A stretch of 17,942 nucleotides of DNA, taken from the NCBI RefSeq assembly GCF_006345805.1, contig NW_021824573.1:1-17942 (forward strand). The letters run 5' to 3'. Position 1 is the stretch's first letter, and every line of letters starts with the position of its first letter. The DNA is from Octopus sinensis. Taxonomy: Eukaryota. Positions 1 through 9,580 of the stretch are shown in pieces. Position numbers and translations under genes: made by a program. Under the pieces are notes generated by a model. The model ran no database searches, was not told where the DNA came from, and saw nothing but the letters and a program-made list of their open reading frames with translations.

Positions 1-321
1 GCCGAAACGACCAAAAACAAGTTATCAAACAATGGGGGATGCTTCTTCAGTTTCCGTATACCTACTCTTTTGCCGAACCGTTAATTACGGGAACGTAAAC
101 ACTAAAATCTGTTGTCAGTGAGAGGAGAGGGACAACACACACACACGCACACCACATACATATATACGACTGGCTTCTTTCAGTTTCCGTATACCAATCC
201 ACTCACAAAGCTAATCCGCCCAAGCTAAGTAGAAGACACACTTGCCTAAGGTGCCACACCAGTGGAACTGAACCCGCAACCATGTGTTTGGGAAGCAAAC
301 CTCTTACCAAACAGCCACGCC
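1..321 (-). mobile_element. tRNA-derived SINE, family A (head GGCGTGGCTGTNTGGTAAGA), with a partial internal duplication running off the window start
   Basis: Reverse complement reads GGCGTGGCTGTTTGGTAAGAGGTTTGCTTCCCAAACACATGGTTGCGGGTTCAGTTCCACTG..GCAAGTG..TCTTCTAC..CGGAAACTGAAAGAAGC, then a (TA)/(TG) tract and body. Homologous to copies at 4903, 12056 and 12777. The CTTCAGTTTCCGTATACC segment occurs twice (about 45 and 179). Confidence 0.8.
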
Positions 322-339
322 TAATCTTTATTTTTTACT

Positions 340-416
340 TTTACCTTGTTTCAGTCATTAAGCTGTGGCATTTGGGGCACCGCCTTGAAGGGTAGTCAAC
401 CAAATCGACCCCAGTA
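340..416 (-). mobile_element. 3' tail fragment of a family A SINE
   Basis: TTTCAGTCATT..GGGGCACCGCCTTGAAG..AAATCGACCCCAGTAC is the reverse complement of the tail type seen at about 5250-5335. It stops where the R4-like fragment begins. Confidence 0.6.
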
Positions 417-417
417 C

Positions 418-1130
418 GAAACGGAAACGGAACCTCTAATCTGAGCTGCCTATGAACAAGCACTACGAACTAACTACAAAAATACAGAATAGACAACACA
501 GCAGAAGTGATAAGTGTAGAATCTGTGGACAAAACGGTGAACCAATGTATCCATTAGCCAGAAGGAATATAAGAGACGCCCACACATATAGCCAGGCTTG
601 TCCATTGGACAATTGCAACAAGTACGGACTTGACAGAGTAAAAAATTGGTGCGACCACAAACCTGAAGGCATCGTCGAAGATAGAAATGCAAAGATCCTA
701 TGGGATTTTATGATTCAGTGCGACCATGAGAAAGAGACTAGGAAACAGACATAGTCTTAATTGAGAAAGAAAACAAACTATGCTGGAGCATAGATATAGC
801 ATGCCCAGCTGACAACAAGGTATGCAATAAGGAAGAAAGAAAAGTTGCGAGATATGACAGGTTAGCTTGGTAAGTTAAGCAGTTGTGGTCGATGAAAAAG
901 GTAGCAGTAGTACCAATAATTGTCGGAGCCCTGGGAACAGTGAACAAAAATCTCGAGAAGTACGTGGAACAAAAAGGGTCTGGAATAAGGGTGGAGCATT
1001 TGCAGAAAACAGCACTGCTTGGAACCGCTCGAATACTCCGGAATGTGCTCGAAAAATATGAGGTGTTACCTTAGTGCACTGGTAGTGAAAAGCTGACACC
1101 GTAGTACATCTCCAGCGATAGAAGTTGTGC
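418..1130 (+). mobile_element. 5'-truncated, degenerate non-LTR retrotransposon of the R4/Dong-like RLE group: zinc knuckle, restriction-like endonuclease C-terminus and 3' UTR
   Basis: Across frameshifts and stops it translates as EQALRTNY..SDKCRICGQNGE..CNKYGLDRVKNWCDHKPEGIVEDRNAKILWDFMIQCDHE..RK/DIVLIEKENKLCWSIDIACPADNKVCNKEERKVARYDRLAW*VKQLWSMKKVAVVPIIVGALGT..QKTALLGTARILRNVLEK. This is a CCHC-type knuckle remnant plus a PD-(D/E)xK-type RLE motif, ending at an (AAT)n tract. Confidence 0.85.

Positions 1131-1202
<72 letters not shown>
1131..1202 (+). repeat. Perfect (AAT)24 microsatellite, likely tail/target of the R4-like elements
   Basis: Direct reading. It is the source of the poly-Asn in ORF 1125..1691 and the poly-Leu in ORF 875..1462. 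Confidence 0.95.
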
Positions 1203-1205
<3 letters not shown>

Positions 1206-1806
1206 GAAAATGTAACTATTCTTTGGGACTTCCCAGTATGTACAGACCGGATCATCAAGGCAAATAAACCAGATGTTGTGAAAGACGAAAGCAATAAAGT
1301 CTGTTTATTGATTGACATGGGCATACCCTGTGACCATAATATCTCGGCAAAAGAATTTGATAAGCTCAGAAAATATAAAGATTTGCTAATCGAAATCGAA
1401 ATGATGTGGCATCTCAAGACGGTTACAATACCAGTGATTGTAGGAGCACTTGGGATGATCAAAAAAGGAACTGAAAATTATTTGAGAATGATCCCTGGAT
1501 TACCATCCATGCAGGAAGTGCCAAAAATTGTCTTAACTGGTACGTCACGCGTATTGAGAAGAGCATTGTCGCTGGGTATTTTCTTTCCTTTGCCCTTTAT
1601 TTTCCCCTTTATTTTATTTGTTTACTTTTCTATTTTTATTTTTTCCTTTTTCTCTCTATCTTTCCCTTTTCTCTATCACATGACTCCGTAAGTGAACAAT
1701 CTGTTTGTTTTAATGGACTACCAATGTATACAGTACGTTTCTCTGCCATAGGTGTCGGGAAGACACTCGGCAGTAATGGAAACGAAGTGAAAGATGCTAA
1801 TGAAAC
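1203..1806 (+). mobile_element. Second 5'-truncated R4/Dong-like element of a different subfamily: RLE domain and pyrimidine-rich 3' UTR
   Basis: KENVTILWDFPVCTDRIIKANKPDVV..KVCLLIDMGIPCDHNISAKEFDKLRKYKDLLIEIEMMWHLKTVTIPVIVGALGMIKK..VLTGTSRVLRRALS is a paralogue of the peptide at 690-1060 (ILWDF, KPD, IDxxxP, PxIVGALG). It ends at an (AAT)n tract. Confidence 0.85.
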
Positions 1807-1852
1807 TAATAATAATAATAATAAATAAAAATAATAATAATAATATATAATA

Positions 1853-1884
<32 letters not shown>

Positions 1885-1941
1885 GAAGAAGAGAAGAAGA
1901 AGAAGAAGAAGAAGAAGAAGAAGAAGAAGAAGAGAAGAAGA
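1807..1941 (+). repeat. Compound (AAT)n then (GAA)n microsatellite
   Basis: Direct reading. Confidence 0.9.
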
Positions 1942-2060
1942 AGAACACTTTCAATACAGTACCTCAAGCGCACAAAAAAAACCACAGCACATACCCAAGG
2001 CACACACAGACTGCGCCCGGTAGTGAAGTGAAAGCACGCTATAAAACATAAAACTACTGA
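1942..2060 (+). mobile_element. Probable third, extremely truncated R4/Dong-like 3' end
   Basis: Starts AGA ACA CTT TCA ATA CAG (RTLSIQ, similar to the RRALS C-terminus of element 2), carries CCGGTAGTGAAGTGAAAGC resembling the other two 3' UTRs, and is followed by AAT repeats. Confidence 0.5.
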
Positions 2061-2367
2061 ATATAATACTAATAATACTAATAATATAATAATAATATAA
2101 ACAACACAACAACACAACAACACAGTAAGAAGAAAAGAAGACGAAGAAGAAGACGAAGAATAAGAAGAAGAGAATAAGAAGAGAAGAAGAAGAAGACGAA
2201 AAAGAAGAAGAAAAGAAGACGAAGAAGAAGACGAAGAAGAAGACGAATAGAAGAAGCAGAAGAAGAATAAGAAGAAGAAGAGAAGAAGAAGAAGAAGAAG
2301 AATAAGAAGAGAAGAAGAAAGAAGAAGAAGAAGAAAGAAGAAGCAGAAAAGAAGAAGAATAAGAAAA

Positions 2368-2398
<31 letters not shown>

Positions 2399-2420
2399 AA
2401 AAAGAAGAAGAAGAAGAAGA
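2061..2420 (+). repeat. Compound imperfect (AAT)/(AAC)/(GAA)n microsatellite
   Basis: Direct reading. Confidence 0.9.
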
Positions 2421-2448
2421 ATGTAAGGCATCATTTACTGATATCGAT

Positions 2449-2660
2449 GTTGTTGTTTTTTTTTGTTGTTTTTGCTGTTGTTGTTGTCGGCGTGGTCGTC
2501 TTTGCTGTCGCTGCTACAGTTCCAATTATTGCAGCCGTTGTTTTTGTTGTTGGTCGTTGCTGGTGTTATTGTGTTGGTTTAGTAGTCCTATTGTTGTTGC
2601 TATTGTTTTTGTTGCTGTTGTTGTAGATGGTGGTGGTGGTGGTGTTATTGTTGTTGTATA
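2449..2660 (+). repeat. Degenerate (GTT)/(GGT)n low-complexity tract
   Basis: Direct reading. Confidence 0.8.
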
Positions 2661-3005
2661 TGGTCCTTCAGTATAAATATATAACAGCCAGCAGATTCAC
2701 ATGTATTGGATGTTTAAACAAAACCTGCGCACACGAAAAAACATGAAAAGCGGCTGACATTAACAGCAACATCAACAACATAACAACTTCAAACGTTGTA
2801 CATTTTTTTTAAAATTTATTTTACTTATTTATGTTATTTATTTATTTGTCATTTTATCTATTTATTCTTTTAATTATGTTTTTCCCCCATTTTTTTTTTC
2901 TTATCTTTGTTCCTAAAAGAAAACAGTCAGGATTTCATTTTATGGTAAACTTTGTAAAAATTTAAAAAGGAAGGGAAAATAATAAAGATTTCCATCATCA
3001 TCATG

Positions 3006-3007
<2 letters not shown>

Positions 3008-3089
<82 letters not shown>
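3008..3089 (+). repeat. (ATT)n microsatellite
   Basis: Direct reading. Confidence 0.95.
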
Positions 3090-3187
3090 TTAGAAATAAA
3101 ATTAAATTGTCTAAGGGACAATAAAATATTTCAAAGTAATTTTTATCGCTCCTTCGCTGGGATTTTAATTAAGTAAATCCCGTCCAG

Positions 3188-3189
<2 letters not shown>

Positions 3190-3232
<43 letters not shown>

Positions 3233-3250
3233 CAGCAGCAGCAGCAGTAA

Positions 3251-3286
<36 letters not shown>

Positions 3287-3336
3287 TAGCAGTAGTAGTA
3301 GTAGTAGAGTAGTAGTAGTAGTAGTAGTAGTAGTAG
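3190..3336 (+). repeat. Compound (TAG)n(CAG)n(TAG)n microsatellite
   Basis: Direct reading. Confidence 0.95.
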
Positions 3337-3474
3337 AAATGATGAGTGTGGTGATGGAGGTGGTGGTCGTCGTCGTGGCGGTGTTTGCCGTGGTCGTCGC
3401 AGCGTATTAAGTGCGAGCGCCATTAATTAGTCTTAAAACGTTTAATTGTTTTATTATCCGTACTGATGTTGTTT

Positions 3475-3506
<32 letters not shown>

Positions 3507-3636
3507 AGTGATAATCTGATGACGACGACGATGATGATGCTGTTGTTATTGGTGCTGCCGTTGATGGTTTGTTTCTTTCTTTTTTCCGCTGATGGTAACG
3601 ATGGTGATGGTAGTGGTGGGGATGATGATGACGATA

Positions 3637-3690
<54 letters not shown>

Positions 3691-3740
3691 TTGATGATGA
3701 CGACGACGACGATGACAGAAGTGGCGGCGGCGGCGGCGGT
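3475..3740 (+). repeat. Compound (CAT)n, (GAT)n, (GAC)n, (GGC)n microsatellites
   Basis: Direct reading. It explains the poly-H, poly-D and poly-M ORFs. Confidence 0.9.
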
Positions 3741-4166
3741 GGGATGGGTAGGAGTATTGCTTCTGTTTTTTTGGGGGGTTTTTTTTATCTAAGCAAACCT
3801 ATATCAAGGCCGCTCCAGATGCTTAAGTTCGGTATTACTGGAACTGAACAGCTGGTACTGAGCTCCCATTAGCTTAAAGAGACACTCCATATATGGTCAG
3901 TCAGTGCAACTAGATCACTTCTGTTGAATAGCTTCATTGCAGCACCAACACCCTTAAATAGTGGAAGTAAGCAAGCATTTGGCACCACGACCGATCAGAT
4001 TGATAACCGAAAATCCAGTTTACATCTGATCCGGGATCTATTGACTCTGGACAGCATTGACCTCTGAGTCTGAAATTACCTTACAGTAAGTCTCCGTCGT
4101 TTTTAAAAGCAAAGATATTTCTTTTCTGATATTTTGATGGTATTTGCACTGCAGCTGTTTAAATTC

Positions 4167-4407
4167 GATCATCATCATCATTGTTCGACCGTGGTCGAGA
4201 CAATGGAATTTACCATGCTACGCCAGACTTCACGGTCCATCATGGCATTACGGAGGTCCTGTTGCTGGATGCATGTATCCCTGGAGATTACATCAGGGTA
4301 GGAGAGTGTGCGCCCTCTGGTATTGCGAGTAGATGGCTTTCAGAGGAGAAGAGTAGAAATTACTTCTTTTTCAGCTCTACAACAATGTCCAGCAAACTGG
4401 ACTCTCC
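4167..4407 (-). mobile_element. 5'-truncated RTE/RTEX-like LINE 3' end with (GAT)n tail
   Basis: Minus strand translates RVQFAGHCCRAEKEVISTLLL*KPSTRNTRGRTLSYPDVISRDTCIQQQDLRNAMMDREVWRSMVNSIVSTTVEQ*. FAGH..R and DRxxWR are typical RTE-type ORF C-terminal motifs. There is one in-frame stop, and a short GAT tail follows the terminal stop directly. Confidence 0.8.
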
Positions 4408-4764
4408 TACCTTTCACAAGAGATGACACAGGTGGTAGTTTCCCATATATTTGCATATATTTGAAATTCGATAGCAAGTTGTACTGTTATGGAACGCATT
4501 ATCCCAAAGCCTGTGCACTTGTTTGCTTCCGGTTGAAGATCGCCAACGAAAATATATTTCCAGTGAGATATCATTTGGGAATCTACAGCTGTTGATTCAG
4601 GAATTGGTGCCAGTTAAAAATTCGCCAATTTTGGTTGGCTCAACTCATCCGGAATGTACGCTGATACAGACATAAATAGAATGCCATTCCGACCGTGATC
4701 ATCCTGGCTTTTCTCCCTTATTGGGTTTGTTCATTTTTTGCGGGTTTTTTTTTTTTTTTTCATA

Positions 4765-4836
4765 TATCCTTCGGTCTAATGGTTAAGATCCTGCGTTCTC
4801 GCCACGGCAGCCAGGGTTCGAATCCGTACTTGGGAA
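4765..4836 (+). pseudogene. Degenerate tRNA-Glu(CTC) copy
   Basis: TCCTTCGGTCTAATGGTTAAGATCCTGCGTTCTCGCCACGGCAGCCAGGGTTCGAATCCGTACTTGGGAA aligns along its length with metazoan tRNA-Glu (GGTCTAGTGGTTAGGAT..CTCTCAC..GGGTTCGATTCCC..GGGAA). A and B boxes are recognisable; acceptor and T stems are broken. Confidence 0.75.
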
Positions 4837-4839
4837 ATG

Positions 4840-4903
4840 TACTCGGTAGTATTGTGGTAAATTTCTCAGCCTATCACTCGGGAAACCAGAGTTCGATTCT
4901 CTG
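4840..4903 (+). pseudogene. Degenerate tRNA-Asp copy (anticodon GTC changed to ATC), 3' acceptor strand replaced by a SINE
   Basis: TACTCGGTAGTATTGTGGTAAATTTCTCAGCCTATCACTCGGGAAACCAGAGTTCGATTCTCTG aligns with tRNA-Asp (TCCTCGTTAGTATAGTGGT..GCCTGTCACGCGGGAGACCGGGGTTCGATTCCCCG). The T stem CAGAG/CTCTG is fully paired; the anticodon stem has two mismatches. Confidence 0.8.
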
Positions 4904-5340
4904 CGCAGGCATAGCTTTGTGGTTAAGAAGCTCTCTTTGCAGCTGCATGGTTTTCAAATCAGTCTAACTTCGCGGCACCTTCGACAAGTGTTTTCTACTA
5001 CAGTTCCGGCTCAACCTATGTCTTGTGAGTAAATTTGTAACACGGAAACTGTGTGGAATCCTGTTATGCATATGCATGCGCGTATGTGTTTATGTGTATG
5101 TATGTGTTTGTGGGCATGTATGTGCGAGTGTGTGTCTTTGTGTTTGTCTTACACAGCAGTTTGATAACCGGTGTTGGTTTGTTATTGTCTGTATGTTAGC
5201 GATTCAGCAAAAGAAACCGATAGAATAAGTACCAGATGTAAAAAAAATTATTAAGTACTGGGATCGATTTGTTCGATTAAATTCTTCAGGGCAGTGTCCC
5301 AGCATGGCCACTGTCCAACGACTAAAACAAGATTAAAAAA
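4903..5340 (+). mobile_element. Diverged, near full-length family A SINE
   Basis: Head GCGCAGGCATAGCTTTGTGGTTAAGAAG, GCACCTTCGACAAGTG..CGGAAACTG, central (TG)/(TA) tract, and tail ..CCGATAGAATAAGTAC..CCAGCATGGCCAC..AAACAAG. Confidence 0.8.
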
Positions 5341-5525
5341 TATGCGTTAAAAGATAAAACGACACTATCTTGTATGTCGCTCATTTTGTTTAAGATGATA
5401 AGAGGGAAATTTGACTATTATTTCTAGTAGATCTAATCATGTTTGTTTTGTGAAGAGTAACTGCACTGGAAATGTGTTGCCTTGATTTCAGTTGCTTACA
5501 GTAGCTGTCACGTGCTGTATCTACA

Positions 5526-6081
5526 GGGTAAAGAGTAAATGACCACGCGGCGAGCTGGCAGAAACGTTAGCACGCCGGGCGAAATGCTTAGCGGTATTTC
5601 GTCTGCCGTCACGTTCTGAGTTCAAATTCCGCCGAGGTCGACTTTGCCTTTCATCCTTTCGGGGTCGATAAATTAAGTACCAGTTACGCACTGGGGTCGA
5701 TGTAATCGACTTAATACCTATGTTTGTCCTTATTTGTCCCCTCTGTGTTTAGCCCCTGGTGGGTAATAAAGAAATAGGTAAATGACCACGCGATTGCACC
5801 TAGAAAGATCTGAGGCACAAGTCCGGTCAAGATTGGTAATAGAAGACCAGCAGGTACCCATGCATACCAGCCTCTCCTCTCCACACCACCGATGTTATCC
5901 AAGAGAAAGGCAAAGGCCGATACAGTTTGGCACCTGTGACGTCGCAACTCATTTCTACAGCTGAGTGAACTGGAGCAACGTGAAATAAAGTGACTTGCTC
6001 AAGAACACAACACACAGCCCTGTCCGGGAATCGAACTCACTACCTCAGGATTGTGAGCTCCATGCTCTAACCACTGAACCA
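5526..6081 (-). mobile_element. tRNA-derived SINE, family C, flanked by a 10-bp TSD and interrupted by a family B SINE
   Basis: Minus-strand head CATGGTTCAGTGGTTAGAGC..GAGTTCGATTCCCGGAC (A and B boxes), then CTTGAGCAAGTCACTTTAT. Direct repeat TGTATCTACA at 5516-5525 and 6082-6091. Confidence 0.85.
5550..5777 (+). mobile_element. Family B SINE (GGCGAGCTGGCAGAAACGTTAGC..) with a 15-bp TSD
   Basis: Homologous to 15414-15629. Perfect direct repeat GTAAATGACCACGCG at 5535-5549 and 5778-5792. Confidence 0.9.
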
Positions 6082-6529
6082 TGTATCTACAAAGTTCTTA
6101 CGAAAGACATAAATACCCACAACTTCGTCTTCCATTGTAGGACTATTGAGATTAATGTTAATATTGCGGTTGCTTTGTTATTGTTGCTTTCCCCCGGGTC
6201 AACCGTGAAAGAGTAGAACTATTATTAGGCGCGGGCACTCCAGCCATGACTATTCTGTCTTTTGTGGGTGTTGCACTCACGACCGCAACATCGTAGTTTC
6301 GATACCATTATCACAACTACCACACTTGTCACCATTCAAAATCTGCTATTACAACTGTCGCCACCACTAACACCACCACCACAACAACAACAACAACACT
6401 CATTGATTATCATCTACTCGGCACGACTATTCTGCACAACCATAATCACTACCCAGTCCCATTTGCTACTATCACTATCCTCGCCACCACCATCACCATC
6501 GCTACTAATACCACCATCACCAACACACC

Positions 6530-6700
6530 AACAGCAATAACACCATTACCACCATCACCATCAAAACCGCCACCACCTCCACCACCACCACCACTACCCC
6601 TACCTCCAACACTACAACCACCACCACCACCACCACCACTAACACTCCACCATCTCCTACTACCACGGCAACTACAACAAACCCACGATTACAACAATAC
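6530..6700 (+). repeat. Degenerate (ACC)/(ACT)n tract
   Basis: Direct reading. Confidence 0.8.
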
Positions 6701-6769
6701 TGTTACCGTAACTTGATTTAACAACGACAACGTCGATTAATACTCAGATCCTCACCACCACCACTCTTA

Positions 6770-9580
6770 CCTCTACCACCATCACTACTCCTACCACTCC
6801 TATTTTAAATTTCACCACCACCATCACCACCATCACCACTCCTACTTTCACTTTCACCACCACCATCACCACCATCACAACTCCTACTTTCACTTTCACC
6901 ACCACCATCACCACCATCACCACTCCTACTTTCACTTTCACCACCACCATCACCACCATCACCACTTCTACTTTCCCTTTCACCACCATCATCACCACCA
7001 TCACCACTCCTACATTCACTTTCACCACCACCATCCCACCGTCACCACTTCTACTTTCACTTTCACCACCACCATCACCACCATCACAACTCCTACTTTC
7101 ACTTTCACACCACCACCATCACCACCATCACCACTCCTACATTCACTTTCACCACCACACCATCACCACCGTCACCACTCCTACTTTCCCTTTCACACCA
7201 CCACCATCACCACCATCACCACTCCTACATTCACTTTCACACCACACCACCACCATCACCACCGTCACCACTCCTACTTTCCCTTTCAACCACCACACCA
7301 CCGTCACCACTTCTACTTTCCCTTTCACCACCACCATCACCACCGTCACCACTCCTACTTTCCCTTTCACCACCACCATCACCACCGTCACCACTTCTAC
7401 TTTCCCTTTCACCACCACCATCACCACCGTCACCACTTCTACTTTCCCTTTCACCACCACCATCACCACCGTCACCACTCCTACATTCACTTTCACCACC
7501 ACCATCACCACCGTCACCACTCCTACATTCACTTTCACCACCACCATCACCACCGTCACCACTTCTACTTTCCCTTTCACCACCACCATCACCACCATCA
7601 CCACCGTCACCACTCCTACTTTCACTTTCACCACCACCATCACCACCGTCACCACTTCTACTTTCCCTTTCACCACCACCATCACCACCATCACCACCGT
7701 CACCACTTCTACTTTCCCTTTCACCACCACCATCACCACTCCTACTTTCACTTTCACCACCACCATCACAACCGTCACCACTCCTACTTTCACTTTCACC
7801 ACCACCATCACCACCGTCACCACTTCTACTTTCCCTTTCACCACCACCATCACCACCATCACCACTCCTACTTTCACTTTCACCACCACCATCACCACCA
7901 TCACCACTCCTACTTTCACTTTCACCACCACCATCACCACCGTCACCACTCCTACTTTCACTTTCACCACCACCATCACCACCATCACCACCGTCACCAC
8001 TCCTACTTTCCCTTTCACCACCACCATCACCACCATCATCACTCCTACTTTCACTTTCACCACCACCATCACCACCATCATCACTCCTACTTTCACTTTC
8101 ACCACCACCATCACCACCATCACAACTCCTACTTTCACTTTCACCACCACCATCACCACCATCACCACTCCTACTTTCACTTTCACCACCACCATCACCA
8201 CCATCATCACTCCTACTTCACTTTCACACCACCATCACCACATCACAACTCCTACTTTCACTTTCACCACCACCATCACCACCGTCACCACTTTACTTTC
8301 CCTTTCACCACCACCATCACCACATCATCACTCCTATTTCACTTTCACCACGACATCATCACCACCATCACAACTCCTACTTTCACTTTCACCACCACCA
8401 TCACCACCATCACCACTCCTACTTTCACTTTCACCACCACCATCACCACCATCATCACTCCTACTTTCACTTTCACCACCACCATCACCACCATCACAAC
8501 TCCTACTTTCACTTTCACCACCACCATCACCACCGTCACCACTTCTACTTTCCCTTTCACCACCACCATCACCACCATCATCACTCCTACTTTCACTTTC
8601 ACCACCACCATCACCACCATCACAACTCCTACTTTCACTTTCACCACCACCATCACCACCATCATCACTCCTACTTTCACTTTCACCACCACCATCACCA
8701 CCATCACCACTCCTACTTTCACTTTCACCACCACCATCACCACCATCACCACTCCTACTTTCACTTTCACCACCACCATCACCACCATCACCACTCCTAC
8801 TTTCACTTTCACCACCACCATCACCACCATCATCACTCCTACTTTCACTTTCACCACCACCATCACCACCATCACCACTCCTACTTTCACTTTCACCACC
8901 ACCATCACCACCATCATCACTCCTACTTTCACTTTCACCACCACCATCACCACCATCACCACTCCTACTTTCACTTTCACCACCACCATCACCACCGTCA
9001 CCACTCCTACTTTCACTTTCACCACCACCATCACCACCATCACCACCGTCACCACTCCTACTTTCCCTTTCACCACCCCATCACCACCATCATCACTCCT
9101 ACTTCACTTTCACCACCACCATCACCACCATCACCACTCCTACTTTCACTTTCACCACCACCATCACCACCATCACAACTCCTAACTTTCACTTTCACCA
9201 CCACCATCACCACCATCACCACTTCTAATTTCACTTTCACCACCACCATCACCACCATCAACAACTCCTACTTTCACTTTCACCACCACCATCACCACCA
9301 TCACCACTCCTACTTTCACTTTCACACCACCACCATCACCACCTCACACCACTCCTATTTTTCTTTCACTTTCACCACCACCATCACCACCATCATCACT
9401 CCTACTTTCACTTTCACCACCACCATCACCACCGTCACCACTTCTACTTTCCCTTTCACCACCACCATCACCACCATCACCACTCCTACTTTCACTTTCA
9501 CCACCACCATCACCACCATCATCACTCCTACTTTCACTTTCACCACCACCATCACCACTCCTACTTTCACTTTCACCACT
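6770..9580 (+). repeat. 42-bp minisatellite, about 65 units, consensus ACCACTCCTACTTTCACTTTCACCACCACCATCACCACCATC
   Basis: The 14-codon periodicity is visible in the minus ORFs (VVMVVMVVVKVKVG)n. There are 33- and 51-bp length variants, the edges are degenerate, and the plus strand is almost G-free. Confidence 0.95.

Noticed and set aside
3159-3181. 7-bp hairpin GGGATTT..AAATCCC between the (ATT)n and (TAG)n tracts
   Set aside because: Short and AT-rich with no supporting context; compatible with chance.
1718-3872. ORFs with poly-S/F/L/I/Y/C/H/D/M runs
   Set aside because: They are direct translations of triplet microsatellites, with no complex domain or splice support.
3790-4085. Minus-strand peptide LLPLFKGVGAAMKLFNRSDLVALTDHIW, faintly like the PIFKG..NYRPVSLTSHI motif of CR1-type RT; also a GTAAGT donor-like site at 4086
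   Set aside because: The similarity is too weak to call without a profile search (tBLASTn or HMMER against LINE RTs would decide), and all three plus frames have stops shortly before the donor-like site.
6215-6295. GCACTCCAGCCATGAC resembling a SINE or LINE tail
   Set aside because: Too short to assign.
6770-9580. CRISPR-like array
   Set aside because: No unique spacers, eukaryotic context and no cas genes; it is a simple tandem repeat.
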